From contig CAVVHS010000002.1 in assembly GCA_963748215.1 (NCBI GenBank), forward strand, positions 219,699-283,698: a DNA stretch of 64,000 bases, given 5' to 3'. Below are positions 1 to 10,466 of this stretch, in pieces. Under the pieces are notes generated by a model, which worked only from the letters and a program-made list of their open reading frames with translations, had not been told where the DNA came from and did not search any database. This stretch comes from an uncultured Gammaproteobacteria bacterium (GTDB lineage Bacteria > Pseudomonadota > Gammaproteobacteria > UBA9214). The position numbers and the translations under genes are program-made. Each line of letters begins with the position of its first letter. Within the stretch, counting starts at the first letter, position 1.

Positions 1-419
1 AATGCCTTGTCCACCAGTTCTCCCAGCAGTTCGGCGGTGGGCCGGCCGGTTTCGGTTGTGTTCCAGACCAGCCAGGCGCCCTTGTCGGTTTCCAGCTGCT
101 CCAGCGCACTGACCTCGACACCACAGGAGCGCGCGAAGCCCTCGGCCGGTTTGGTCGGCTTGCCGTCGGCATCGAATGCGGCCTTCAGCGCCGGCCCGCG
201 CCGGGTGATGGCGCGATCCGGTTGCTGGACGTGGACATCATTCACCAGTACGGCGAGCCGGCGTGGCGTGGCGAAGGCCTGGCTGGCGCCGTGCGGCAGG
301 TGGTATTCATCGAGCAGGCTGACGACAGCGGCACGCAGCGCATCGCGCATGCTGCGCAGTGATTTCGGCGGCAGTTCCTCGGTACCGATCTCCAGCAGCA
401 GGTCGCGGGACGCCGTCAT
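1..419 (-). CDS. glyS: Glycine--tRNA ligase beta subunit, 5' part (runs off window)
   Basis: Manual translation from ATG at 419 gives [19 protein letters not shown]...FATPRRLAV...GP; ATGA overlap with the glyQ stop. Confidence 0.95.
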   Translation of the reverse strand, partial: MTASRDLLLEIGTEELPPKSLRSMRDALRAAVVSLLDEYHLPHGASQAFATPRRLAVLVNDVHVQQPDRAITRRGPALKAAFDADGKPTKPAEGFARSCGVEVSALEQLETDKGAWLVWNTTETGRPTAELLGELVDKA

Positions 420-1321
420 GCCGTTGTCTCCGCGGCCATCGGGAAGCCGAGCGCTTCGCGGCGTGCGTAATAGGCCTCCGCCACCTGGCGCGACAGCGTG
501 CGCACCCGCAGGATGAAGCGTTGTCGCTCGGTGACCGAGATGGCGCCGCGTGCGTCGAGCAGGTTGAAGGTGTGCGACGCCTTCAGTACCTGTTCGTAGG
601 CCGGCAGCGGCAGGCCGGCCTCGATGAGCCGGTTGCTTTCGCGTTCACAGACATCGAACCACTGCAGCAGCGACTCGACGTCGGCCTGCTCGAAATTATA
701 GGCCGACATCTCGACCTCGTTCTGGTGATAGACGTCGCGGTAGGTGATCGGGCCGTCCGGCCCCTGCGTCCATACCAGGTCGAACACACTTTCCACTTCC
801 TGCAGGTACATCGCGATACGTTCCAGGCCGTAGGTGATCTCGCCTGTCACCGGCCGGCACTCCAGACCACCGACCTGCTGGAAGTAGGTGAACTGGGTGA
901 CCTCCATGCCGTTCAGCCAGACCTCCCAGCCCAGTCCCCAGGCACCCAGCGTGGGCGACTCCCAGTTGTCCTCGACGAAGCGCACGTCATGCACCAGGGT
1001 ATCGATGCCGAGTTCGCGCAGCGAGTCGAGGTACAGTTCCTGTATGTCCAGAGGCGATGGCTTCAGCACCACCTGGAACTGGTAGTAGTGCTGCAGGCGA
1101 TTGGGGTTCTCGCCGTAGCGGCCGTCGGTCGGGCGCCGCGAGGGTTGGACATAGGCAGCACGCCATGTCTCCGGCCCGATCGCACGCAGGAACGTGGCGG
1201 GGTGAAATGTGCCGGCACCGACCTCCATGTCATACGGCTGCAGCAGGGCGCAGCCCTGGCGGCCCCAGTACTGCTGCAAAGACAGGATCAGGTCCTGGAA
1301 TGTACTCGGTGTATCGGACAC
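416..1321 (-). CDS. glyQ: Glycine--tRNA ligase alpha subunit
   Basis: [34 protein letters not shown] motifs; GTG start at 1321 inferred. Confidence 0.97.
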   Translation of the reverse strand: MSDTPSTFQDLILSLQQYWGRQGCALLQPYDMEVGAGTFHPATFLRAIGPETWRAAYVQPSRRPTDGRYGENPNRLQHYYQFQVVLKPSPLDIQELYLDSLRELGIDTLVHDVRFVEDNWESPTLGAWGLGWEVWLNGMEVTQFTYFQQVGGLECRPVTGEITYGLERIAMYLQEVESVFDLVWTQGPDGPITYRDVYHQNEVEMSAYNFEQADVESLLQWFDVCERESNRLIEAGLPLPAYEQVLKASHTFNLLDARGAISVTERQRFILRVRTLSRQVAEAYYARREALGFPMAAETTA

Positions 1322-1779
1322 GGTTCGATTCGCTGCGTTCAAGGCACGGCAGTATAGCCCGATGCGCCGGAATTTTTCACCAAGTCGTTCAGCCCGCCTG
1401 TTGCACGAGTCGGCCGGAGGCCGGCCTTTAACTGTTTGAGTCGTGTCTTGCCCGTAACCCGGCAAATTTCCAGGTGCCGTATATCACCGGCCCGCGGTCT
1501 GTGCGGCTGTGCGGGCCCTGGCCTGTCCACGAACGGCGGGACTTGCCCTATTCAGGAAAGTGAGACCGTGCCGCGGTCGTGAGGCGGGGCCGGGCCATAG
1601 CGGGAGCGGCCGGCGTCCCGGATAGCGGTGCACCCTGCGGCTGGTGGCCGGCAAAATTGCCGGTGTTGCCGTGACTTGATCGAGGCTTCTGTGCTATGAG
1701 GAAACTACAGGGGCCGATCGATCTAAAGCCAGGACGGTCGATGGTCGACCTGCTATATGTATAGCGGTGGAGAAGTCAT

Positions 1780-2346
1780 ATGGCGCAGCTGATTCTGGAG
1801 CCCACATCCGTTGCACAATGGCAGGCGCTGGTGCAGGAGGCGCAATCCGCGTGCGACCGTACTATCGACGAGACGCTGGAAAGCTATCTCGTGTTCCTGC
1901 TCATGCGCTTCACCGACCGGCCGCATTGCACCGCGCGTGTCATGGCGCAGGATTTTCTCGAATCGCAGCACCTCTCCGGCACGCACCGTCTTGATCGCCT
2001 GCGCGAGGTCGGTGACCATTGCCTGCTGTTCTCGGGCCTGTTCCCGCAACTGGCCGAGCGTCGCCTGGTGCGCGTCAGCTACTTCGTGAACATCGGGCGC
2101 AACTCCTACCAGCAGCTGTCCGCGGTGCTGGATCGCGGCGTGTCGAGTGTCTACGGGCACCTGTCCGATGCCTTCATAGTCCTGATGGACATACTGCAGG
2201 CAATGCGTGAGCTGGGCGGCGATACGCTGCTGACGCCGATCCAGGCCATGGAACTCTGGCAGGAGACCGGCAGCCGCCGCTGCTACCGGCAGGTCTGCAG
2301 GGACGGCCATGCCGTACCGGTTCCCGGCCAGCGCGATACCCACTGA
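1780..2346 (+). CDS. Conserved hypothetical protein
   Basis: 188-aa ORF with GGAG RBS, gene-like codon use and a LREVGDHCLLFSGLFP segment; function not recognised. Confidence 0.75.
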   Translation: MAQLILEPTSVAQWQALVQEAQSACDRTIDETLESYLVFLLMRFTDRPHCTARVMAQDFLESQHLSGTHRLDRLREVGDHCLLFSGLFPQLAERRLVRVSYFVNIGRNSYQQLSAVLDRGVSSVYGHLSDAFIVLMDILQAMRELGGDTLLTPIQAMELWQETGSRRCYRQVCRDGHAVPVPGQRDTH

Positions 2347-2504
2347 ATCCCTGTCTTAATTACATATCCGCACCACGCATGGGTTAGAATGCCTGTTGCG
2401 TGACAGATTGACGGCACGCGGCATTGAACGTGATATTGCCGGCCGGAATGCCGCACGCGCAGCGACTTGTCCCTGAAATATTTTATCCATCAGTGTTTGC
2501 AATC

Positions 2505-3548
2505 ATGACTAATCCGCGTAAAGCCGTTGCGCTGATATCCGGCGGGCTCGACTCGATGCTGGCCGCGCGCGTCGTCATGGACCAGGGCGTGCACGTGGAG
2601 GGCATCAACTTCTTCACCGGTTTCTGTGTCGAGGGGCATACGCATGCCATCCGCAAGCAGAACCGCGAGCGCCCCAAGCGCAACAACGCGCTGTGGAGCG
2701 CCGAACAGCTCGGCATCAAGCTGCACATCATCGATATCATCGACGAGTACAAGGACGTCGTTATCAACCCGAAACACGGTTACGGCGCGAACCTCAATCC
2801 CTGCCTGGACTGCAAGATTTTCATGGTCAACAAGGCGCGTGAATGGATGGATGCGCACGGTTTTGACTTCATCATCACCGGCGAGGTCGTCGGGCAGCGT
2901 CCCATGTCGCAGCGCAAGAACACCATGCCGATGGTGGCGCGCAATTCCGGTGCGCAGGACCGGCTGCTGCGTCCCTTGTGCGCGAAAAACCTGCCACCTA
3001 CGCTGCCCGAGCTTGAAGGCTGGCTCGACCGCGAGCGGTTGCACGGTTTCGGCGGTCGCTCGCGCAAGCCGCAGATCGCGCTCGCGGCACGCTATGGTAT
3101 CGAGGATTTCGCGCAACCGGCCGGTGGCTGCTGTTTCCTCACCGACCGGCAGTATGCCGTCAAGCTGGAGGACCTCTGGAAAACGCGGGGCCGGCGTGAT
3201 TACGAACTCGATGACATCATGCTGCTCAAGGTCGGTCGTCACCTGCGGCCGCGCCCGCATTTCAAGATTATCGTCGGGCGCGAGGAAGGCGAGAACCACT
3301 TCCTGGAAGGCTATCGCAAGCGCTTCGTGCACATGTTTCCGGTCAGCCACGTTGGCCCGATGGTATTGCTCGATGGCGAGGTCGGCGCGGAGGATATCGA
3401 ACTTGCCGCACGCCTGACCGCGCGCTTCAGCAAGGGCCGCGATGCGGGGTGGGTCAGCGTCGAAGTGAATGACTTGACCGGGTCGACGCGTACCATCGAC
3501 GTCGTACCCATGCCGACCGGCCAGATTCCGCAGGAGTGGTACCTGTGA
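2505..3548 (+). CDS. PP-loop tRNA thiolase-like protein (ThiI/MnmA-related, no THUMP domain)
   Basis: ISGGLDS PP-loop, CLDCK, TGEVVGQRPMSQ, GGCCFLTD, GRHLR motifs. Confidence 0.8.
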   Translation: MTNPRKAVALISGGLDSMLAARVVMDQGVHVEGINFFTGFCVEGHTHAIRKQNRERPKRNNALWSAEQLGIKLHIIDIIDEYKDVVINPKHGYGANLNPCLDCKIFMVNKAREWMDAHGFDFIITGEVVGQRPMSQRKNTMPMVARNSGAQDRLLRPLCAKNLPPTLPELEGWLDRERLHGFGGRSRKPQIALAARYGIEDFAQPAGGCCFLTDRQYAVKLEDLWKTRGRRDYELDDIMLLKVGRHLRPRPHFKIIVGREEGENHFLEGYRKRFVHMFPVSHVGPMVLLDGEVGAEDIELAARLTARFSKGRDAGWVSVEVNDLTGSTRTIDVVPMPTGQIPQEWYL

Positions 3549-3775
3549 GTGCGCGTGTCATCGATGCACGCAACCTGCTGTGTCCGCTGCCGGTGATAAG
3601 GACCCAGGATGCTGTGGCGGAATGCATGCCGGGGGACGCGCTGCAGGTGCGCTGCACTGACCCCGGTGTTGTGCACGACATCCCGGCCTGGTGTCGTGTG
3701 CATGGCCACACGGTGCACGGGATCACGCACGAGGATCGCGAAATCATCATCGATATCACCGTCGGGAAAGACTGA
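3545..3775 (+). CDS. TusA-family sulfur carrier
   Basis: IDARNLLCPLP, TDPG and DIPAWC motifs; GTG start overlaps the upstream stop. Confidence 0.9.
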   Translation: MSARVIDARNLLCPLPVIRTQDAVAECMPGDALQVRCTDPGVVHDIPAWCRVHGHTVHGITHEDREIIIDITVGKD

Positions 3776-3784
3776 CCGGACATC

Positions 3785-4951
3785 ATGGGCCACACGCATC
3801 TGCCGGATCCGCGCCACGTGCGCTATAGCGAAATCCGCAAGGTCACGCTGATCGGATCGGTAGTCGACCTTGTGCTGGGCGTCGTCAAGATCGCGGTTGG
3901 TCTGTTCGCCAGCTCGCAGGCGCTGGTCGCCGATGGTGTGCATTCGCTGTCGGACCTGGCAACCGACTTCCTGGTTATTTTTGCGGCCAAGCATGCCCAC
4001 CGCGAGGCCGACGAGGAGCATCCCTACGGTCACGGGCGCATCGAAACGGTTGCCACCGTAGTGCTCGGCAGCGTGCTCACAATCGTTGCAGTCGGCATCA
4101 GCATCGATGCCTTGCGGCGCCTGGCGTCCGAGGAGGCCATGCTGGTGCATGGCATGTGGGCACTGGCTGTTGCGCTGCTCTCGGTTGCCTCGAAGGAATA
4201 TATCTACCACTACACGGTGCGTGTGGCGCGCCGCCTGCGTTCCAACATGCTGCATGCGAATGCCTGGCACAGCCGCAGCGATGCGATTTCGTCGATCATC
4301 GTGGTCATCGGTGTGGGCGGTGCCATGGCAGGATTTCACTACCTGGACGAGGTGGCCGCGATTGCGGTGGCGCTGATGATCGCCAAGATCGGCTGGGACC
4401 TGCTGTGGACGAGCCTGCAGGAACTGATCGACAGGGCGCTGGAGCCGGAACTGGTAGAGGACATTCGCCAGCGGATCCTGGAGGTGAACGGCGTGCGCGC
4501 CTGTCATATGCTGCGCACGCGCAGCAGCGGCAGTGATTCGCTGGTCGATGTGCATATCCAGGTAGATCCCATGCTGAGCGTTTCGGAAGGTCACCAGATC
4601 GGCGAGCGGGTACGCAAGCAGCTGATCAGCGAAGTCGAGCATGTCGCGGATGTCACCGTGCACATCGATCCCGAGGATGACGAGCTGGCCTCGCCCTGTG
4701 ACCAGTTGCCGTTGCGTGATGTCGTGCTGGCGCGTCTCGCGGAGCAGTGGCAGGGGCTGGACCAGGATCAATGGCTGGAACGGGTCGTCTTGCATTACCT
4801 CGACGGCAAGGTGCACGTGGACGTGTTCGTGCGCAGGCTTGACCTGGCGCCGGAAGCACGTGCCAGGCTGTCCGCGACAATCCGTGAACGTGCGGGACAG
4901 GCGAATGAGGTCGGTGAAGTGCTGGTTTATTTCGGCGAGCGAGCGCCCTGA
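3785..4951 (+). CDS. Cation diffusion facilitator transporter (FieF-like)
   Basis: SQALVADGVHSLSD, HPYGHGRIE, AWHSRSDA, VHIDPE motifs. Confidence 0.92.
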   Translation: MGHTHLPDPRHVRYSEIRKVTLIGSVVDLVLGVVKIAVGLFASSQALVADGVHSLSDLATDFLVIFAAKHAHREADEEHPYGHGRIETVATVVLGSVLTIVAVGISIDALRRLASEEAMLVHGMWALAVALLSVASKEYIYHYTVRVARRLRSNMLHANAWHSRSDAISSIIVVIGVGGAMAGFHYLDEVAAIAVALMIAKIGWDLLWTSLQELIDRALEPELVEDIRQRILEVNGVRACHMLRTRSSGSDSLVDVHIQVDPMLSVSEGHQIGERVRKQLISEVEHVADVTVHIDPEDDELASPCDQLPLRDVVLARLAEQWQGLDQDQWLERVVLHYLDGKVHVDVFVRRLDLAPEARARLSATIRERAGQANEVGEVLVYFGERAP

Positions 4952-4991
4952 AATGGTGCGCCTGGGCGAAGAAACGCACTGAAATGGTGCG
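4944..4991. promoter_or_regulatory. Tandem NtrC binding sites (glnA enhancer)
   Basis: CGCCCTGAAATGGTGCG (4944-4960) and CGCACTGAAATGGTGCG (4975-4991) fit TGCAC-N7-GTGCA and are 31 bp apart. Confidence 0.8.
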
Positions 4992-5054
4992 CCTCCAGTA
5001 GCGCAAGGACACGTAACCCCGTGAAATATTTACGTATACCGGTGAAATGGCCCA

Positions 5055-5070
5055 TGGCATAATTCCTGCT
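5055..5070 (+). promoter_or_regulatory. Sigma54 promoter of glnA
   Basis: TGGCATAATTCCTGCT has GG-N10-GC spacing and lies downstream of the NtrC sites. Confidence 0.85.
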
Positions 5071-5176
5071 TTGTAACAGAACAAGAATCGCAAGATTTTT
5101 CAGGCTGCCACGCCCGCCGGTTGGCAAGGCGTCGCAGGTGACTTTATTCTCAGTGCCTTTATCTGGAGGGGTAGTA

Positions 5177-6586
5177 ATGTCTGCAACCAAAGTTTTAAAG
5201 ACCATCAAGGACAACAAGGTCAAGTACCTCGATATGCGTTTCACCGATACCATCGGCAAGGAACAGCACGTGACCCTGCCGGCCGGCATCATTGGCGCGG
5301 ATTTTTTCAAGGACGGCAAGATGTTCGACGGCTCCAGTATTGCCGGCTGGAAGGGCATCAACGAGTCCGACATGGTCCTGATGCCTGACACCGACACCGC
5401 CGTGATGGATCTGTTCAGCGATGAGCCGACCCTGATTGTCCGTTGCGACATTCTCGAACCGAATACCATGCAGGGCTATGATCGTGACCCGCGTTCGATC
5501 GGACGCCGCGCCGAAGAGTACCTGAAGTCCACCAAGGTTGCCGATACCGCCTACTTCGGTCCGGAACCGGAGTTTTTCGTACTGGACGATGTGCGCTGGG
5601 GTTCCGACATGAGCGGTTCCTTCTGCAAGGTCGATTCCGAAGAGGCCTCCTGGAATGCCGAACGCGTCTACGAGGATGGCAATATCGGCCACCGGCCGAC
5701 CGTCAAGGGCGGTTACTTCCCGGTGCCGCCGGTCGATTCGCTGCACGATCTGCGTGGCGCGATGTGTCTGGCACTGGAAGAGATGGGTGTGGCGGTAGAA
5801 GTTCACCATCATGAAGTGGCCACCGCCGGCCAGTGCGAGATCGGCACCCGCTTCGATACGCTGGTGCGCCGTGCCGACATGAACCAGATCCTGAAATACG
5901 TGGTGCAGAATGTTGCACACGGTTACGGCAAGACCGCCACGTTCATGCCCAAACCGATTGTGGGTGACAACGGCAGCGGCATGCACGTGCACCAGTCACT
6001 GGCCAAGGCCGGCAAGAACCTGTTTACCGGTAACAAGTACGGTGGCCTGTCCCAGCAGGCGCTGTACTACATCGGCGGAATCTTCAAGCACGCTCGCGCG
6101 ATCAATGCCTTCACCAATCCGAGTACCAACAGCTACAAGCGCCTGGTGCCGGGCTTCGAGGCACCGGTCATGCTGGCCTACTCGGCGAGCAACCGTTCCG
6201 CTTCGATCCGTATTCCGTTCGATTCCAATCCGAAGGGGCGTCGTATCGAGGTGCGGTTCCCGGACCCGATGTGCAATCCCTACCTCGGTTTCTCGGCCAT
6301 GATGATGGCCGGCCTGGACGGCATTCTGAACAAGATCGATCCGGGCGACGCCCTGGACAAGGACCTGTACGACCTGCCGCGCGAAGAGGCGAAGAAGATC
6401 CCGACGGTGTGCAATTCACTCGACCAGGCGCTGGATTATCTTCACAAGGACCGCAAGTTCCTCACCGCCGGTGGTGTATTCAGCGACAACATGATCGATG
6501 CCTACATCGACCTGAAGATGAAAGACGTCACGCGCCTGCGCATGACCACCCATCCGGTTGAATTCGACATGTACTACAGCCTCTGA
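5177..6586 (+). CDS. glnA: Glutamine synthetase type I
   Basis: [37 protein letters not shown] motifs; GGAGG RBS. Confidence 0.98.
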   Translation: MSATKVLKTIKDNKVKYLDMRFTDTIGKEQHVTLPAGIIGADFFKDGKMFDGSSIAGWKGINESDMVLMPDTDTAVMDLFSDEPTLIVRCDILEPNTMQGYDRDPRSIGRRAEEYLKSTKVADTAYFGPEPEFFVLDDVRWGSDMSGSFCKVDSEEASWNAERVYEDGNIGHRPTVKGGYFPVPPVDSLHDLRGAMCLALEEMGVAVEVHHHEVATAGQCEIGTRFDTLVRRADMNQILKYVVQNVAHGYGKTATFMPKPIVGDNGSGMHVHQSLAKAGKNLFTGNKYGGLSQQALYYIGGIFKHARAINAFTNPSTNSYKRLVPGFEAPVMLAYSASNRSASIRIPFDSNPKGRRIEVRFPDPMCNPYLGFSAMMMAGLDGILNKIDPGDALDKDLYDLPREEAKKIPTVCNSLDQALDYLHKDRKFLTAGGVFSDNMIDAYIDLKMKDVTRLRMTTHPVEFDMYYSL

Positions 6587-6609
6587 ACCGGGCAACAGCA
6601 CGATAGACT

Positions 6610-6635
6610 AAAGCGCCCTTCGGGGCGCTTTTTTT
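6610..6635 (+). terminator. Rho-independent terminator of glnA
   Basis: AAAGCGCCC-TTCG-GGGCGCTTT followed by a T-run. Confidence 0.9.
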
Positions 6636-6817
6636 GTCCATGGCTGCCGGCAACCCCCATGCGGCACCCTGCGTGTCGACCGAATTTCTCTTAATTACCA
6701 GCCGTAAAAGGCATTTTCCGGAACTTTCGCCCAATCCTGGCGTCGCTTACTTGACCCATACCCGGAAAAGCCTGATAACCTAACTATTACGTAACAAGCG
6801 GAAGCAGGGCGCTAACC

Positions 6818-7504
6818 ATGAAATATATTGCATGCATGCTGGTAATGCTGGCGGCCACGGCACAGGCCGAGGTCTATAAATCCATCAATGCCAACGGCGA
6901 GGTGATCTACAGCGATATACCGACGCAGGGTGCAAAACAGGTAGAAATGCCTGAGCTGCCAACCTACACGCCGACACCGCTGCCGGTTGCTCCGCCTCCG
7001 GTGCCCGCCGCAACACAGTCGGTCGTTGACGCATACAACAGCATTGCGCTGACCAGGCCAGGCGCCGACGAAACTATCCGCAGCAACGCCGGTATCATCA
7101 ATGTGTCGGCAACGCTGGAACCGGCGTTGCAGGTCGAAGCCGGGCACCGCATCCAGTTCTTCCTGGATGGCAAGCCGGAGGGCAAGCCGGTTGCGCGGTT
7201 GTCCGCAAGCTTCAGGAACGTCAATCGGGGCACACACGCCATTGCCGCCGCCGTGTTAGATGAAAATGGTGAATCCCTCATCAATGCCGCGCCCGTTACG
7301 GTCCATATCCTGCGTGCGTCCATCCAGCAGCCGAACAATCCGCTCAATCCTGCCAACAAGCCCGATACCGATGACAGCAGCAGTAACAGCAGCGGTGGTT
7401 CAGGTGCCAGCAGCGGCGGCAGCACATCCGGCAGCACGTCCAGCAGCACGTCCAGCAGCAGTACTGGCAGCACCGGCAGTGTGTCACGGCCGAAAGGTTT
7501 CTGA
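6818..7504 (+). CDS. Exported DUF4124-type protein with Ig-like region and Ser/Gly-rich tail
   Basis: Signal peptide, VYKSINANGEVIYSDIP motif; usual position between glnA and ntrB. Confidence 0.8.
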   Translation: MKYIACMLVMLAATAQAEVYKSINANGEVIYSDIPTQGAKQVEMPELPTYTPTPLPVAPPPVPAATQSVVDAYNSIALTRPGADETIRSNAGIINVSATLEPALQVEAGHRIQFFLDGKPEGKPVARLSASFRNVNRGTHAIAAAVLDENGESLINAAPVTVHILRASIQQPNNPLNPANKPDTDDSSSNSSGGSGASSGGSTSGSTSSSTSSSSTGSTGSVSRPKGF

Positions 7505-7567
7505 CCGCCGTCCTGTCAGCCGTTCCCGCTGCAATTCCCGAACGGCGGTCTGATCACAAATCGCTGG

Positions 7568-7596
7568 CCAGTATGCACCATTATGGTGCATACTGG
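7568..7596. promoter_or_regulatory. NtrC site upstream of ntrB
   Basis: Exact TGCACCA-TTA-TGGTGCA inside a perfect 13-bp inverted repeat. Confidence 0.85.
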
Positions 7597-7734
7597 GGTG
7601 CATCTGGCGTCATCCCTGCCGGCGATGGTATTCGGCGAATTTTTCATCATATTGTTTTACAAGTTAATTTTTGTTGACCTATCGCGCCGCGGGTGATTGC
7701 CCGATTCTGGTTTGTTTTTTGCAGTGGTCACTGT

Positions 7735-8817
7735 ATGCCAATGGATATACCAGCCCCCAGCATCGCGGCCGAACGGATACTCGACAATCTGAGCACGGCA
7801 GTGCTGGTGTTCGACAGCCAGCTGCGACTCGTGTACCTCAACCAGGCGGGCGAAATCATGCTGGCGCACAGCGCGCGCTATGCCTGTGGCCGCTCCGTGC
7901 ATGAACTGGTAACCAATGCCGGGATGCTGGTCGATCAGCTGGCAGGTGCGATAACCCGGCAGCAGGTGATTTCGAAGCGCGGTTGCCTGCTGGAGTTACC
8001 GGACACACCTCACCTGCGCGTCAACTGCACCTTCACGCCCCTTATCGAGGCGGGCATCGGAACACTCGTGCAACTCGAGTTGCGCCAGGTCGACCATCAG
8101 TTGCGCGTTGAACAGGACGAGTTGCTGATAAACCAGCAGCAGGCAGCCCATGCGCTGGTGCGCGGACTGGCGCACGAGATCAAGAACCCGCTCGGTGGCC
8201 TGCGCGGTGCGGCGCAGTTGCTGGAGCGCGAAATCACCGACACATCGCTGAAAGAATACACACATATCATCATCGGTGAAGCCGATCGCCTCCAGGCATT
8301 GATGGACCGTATGCTGGGACCGAACAGCCTGCCGAATCCGCAGCTGGTCAATATTCACCAGGTACTGGAGCGGGTGCGCGACCTGGTACAGGTCGAGGCC
8401 GGTGAAGACCTCGTGATTCACCAGGATTACGACCCCAGTCTGCCCGACCTCAATGCCGATGCCGATCAGCTGATCCAGGCCATACTGAACATCATGCGCA
8501 ATGCCAACCAGGCACTCGATGGCAAGGGTGTAATCACCCTGCGCACGCGTGTTTCGCGTAATTTCAATATCGGTACGCGCAAGCACCGGCTGGTCGCGCG
8601 CATCGAAATAACCGACAACGGCCCGGGGATCGACGAAGAATTGCGCAAGAAGATTTTCTATCCCATGGTCACCAACCGCAGCAACGGTTCCGGGCTGGGT
8701 CTGTCCATTGCACAGGCCCTGGTCAGCCGGCATCACGGCTTGATCGAGTGCACCAGCCAGCCCGGAGAAACCACGTTCACTATTCTGTTACCACTGGATG
8801 ATTCGCATGGAACATAG
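7735..8817 (+). CDS. glnL: Nitrogen regulation sensor kinase NtrB
   Basis: PAS region, GLAHEIKNPLGGLRGAAQLL H-box, DNGPGI and GSGLGL motifs. Confidence 0.96.
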   Translation: MPMDIPAPSIAAERILDNLSTAVLVFDSQLRLVYLNQAGEIMLAHSARYACGRSVHELVTNAGMLVDQLAGAITRQQVISKRGCLLELPDTPHLRVNCTFTPLIEAGIGTLVQLELRQVDHQLRVEQDELLINQQQAAHALVRGLAHEIKNPLGGLRGAAQLLEREITDTSLKEYTHIIIGEADRLQALMDRMLGPNSLPNPQLVNIHQVLERVRDLVQVEAGEDLVIHQDYDPSLPDLNADADQLIQAILNIMRNANQALDGKGVITLRTRVSRNFNIGTRKHRLVARIEITDNGPGIDEELRKKIFYPMVTNRSNGSGLGLSIAQALVSRHHGLIECTSQPGETTFTILLPLDDSHGT

Positions 8818-10210
8818 CGACAAGGTTTTCGTAATCGATGATGACAGGTCTATACGCTGGGTGCTTGAGAAAGCGCTCGCGGCGGCGGATCTGCAGGTCG
8901 AGAGTTTTGATTCCGGCGATACGGCGCTGGTTGCTATCGATCGCAAGGAACCGGCCGCGATCGTGACGGACATACGCATGCCGGGCATCGACGGTCTGGA
9001 ACTGCTCGAACGCATCCGGGTAGCGCACCCCGAGTTGCCGGTAATCATCATGACCGCGCACTCCGACCTCGACAGCGCCGTAGCCGCCTTCAAGGGCGGG
9101 GCATTCGAGTACCTGCCCAAGCCATTCGATATCGACGATGCCGTCGCGCTCGTATGCCGCGCCCTCGAGGCGCGCGTTCAGCAGCCGGCGCCGGCTGCTG
9201 CAACAGATGCGCGGCGGGTGCCCGAGATAATCGGCAAGGCACCGGCTATGCAGGAAGTGTTTCGGGCCATCGGCCGGCTGGCCAACTCCAACGCGACCGT
9301 TCTGATCAACGGTGAATCGGGCACCGGCAAGGAACTGGTGGCGCTGGCGCTGCATCGACACAGCCAGCGTGCCGACAAACCCTTCGTGGCGCTCAACATG
9401 GCCGCGATTCCGCGTGACCTGCTCGAGTCGGAACTGTTCGGGCATGAACGCGGCGCCTTTACCGGTGCGCAGAGCCGGCGTACCGGACGCTTTGAACAGG
9501 CCGATGGCGGCACGCTGATGCTGGATGAGATCGGTGACATGCCGGCGGAACTGCAAACCCGTTTGTTGCGGGTGCTCGCAGACGGGGAGTTCTACCCGGT
9601 CGGTGCGCATACGCCGAAGAAGGTCGATGTGCGCATCATCGCCGCTACCCACCAGGACCTGGAGACGCTGGTCAAACAGGGCGGGTTCCGCGAGGATCTG
9701 TTCCATCGGCTCAATGTCATACGGCTGCAACTGCCGCCATTACGCGAACGTCGCGAAGACATTCCCGGGCTGCTCGAGCATTTCCTGGCCCAGGCGGCCA
9801 TCGAACTCGCCGTGGAGGCAAAGACACTATCGCGTGATGCGATGGCTTATCTGGTAAAGCTGGGCTGGCCGGGCAATGTACGGCAGCTGGAGAACCTGTG
9901 CCGCTGGCTGACGGTCATGGCGCCGGGCCAGGAGATCCATCTCGAGGACCTACCTGACGATCTTGCCGGGGCGGCACGCGATGCACTGCCGGCTGGCAGC
10001 CACTGGGAATCAACACTGCGGCTGTGGGCCCAGCAGCGGCTCGGCAGTGGTTCCAAACGCTTGCTGGACGATGCACTGCCGGCATTCGAGCGCACCCTGA
10101 TCGAAGTTGCCTTGCAGCATACCGGTGGACGGCGTCAGGATGCGGCACGCCTGCTTGGCTGGGGGCGCAATACGCTTACGCGCAAGCTCAGGGAACTCGA
10201 AATGAAATAG
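8807..10210 (+). CDS. glnG: Nitrogen regulation response regulator NtrC
   Basis: REC domain, GESGTGKE, GAFTGA, C-terminal LGWGRNTLTRK HTH. Confidence 0.97.
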   Translation: MEHSDKVFVIDDDRSIRWVLEKALAAADLQVESFDSGDTALVAIDRKEPAAIVTDIRMPGIDGLELLERIRVAHPELPVIIMTAHSDLDSAVAAFKGGAFEYLPKPFDIDDAVALVCRALEARVQQPAPAAATDARRVPEIIGKAPAMQEVFRAIGRLANSNATVLINGESGTGKELVALALHRHSQRADKPFVALNMAAIPRDLLESELFGHERGAFTGAQSRRTGRFEQADGGTLMLDEIGDMPAELQTRLLRVLADGEFYPVGAHTPKKVDVRIIAATHQDLETLVKQGGFREDLFHRLNVIRLQLPPLRERREDIPGLLEHFLAQAAIELAVEAKTLSRDAMAYLVKLGWPGNVRQLENLCRWLTVMAPGQEIHLEDLPDDLAGAARDALPAGSHWESTLRLWAQQRLGSGSKRLLDDALPAFERTLIEVALQHTGGRRQDAARLLGWGRNTLTRKLRELEMK

Positions 10211-10466
10211 ACGTTGTCCTGCTTCGCGCCAGCATGACCAATACGCATTCAAATGAATGCGCCCTGCAACGCGAACTCAACGAACAACTGCCGGGCCAGA
10301 AGCCCGGCTGCATCATTTTCGCGAAGACCGTGAGGGCAGGGCGCAAGCTGCGAAAACGGCGTGCAGCTCAACTGGTGCCGTAAAAACCTGCAACGACGGC
10401 AGCCTCGAGGCAGCGGCGGCACCGCTGCCGGTACTGCGAGTAATATAAACAGCCGCTCAGTTTCCC

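Noticed and set aside
1723-1752. Sigma28-like TAAAG...GTCGACCT upstream of the 1780 ORF
   Set aside because: Spacing is off by one and the -10 match is weak.
10234-10383. 49-aa ORF after ntrC
   Set aside because: No RBS or recognisable motif, so it cannot be supported.
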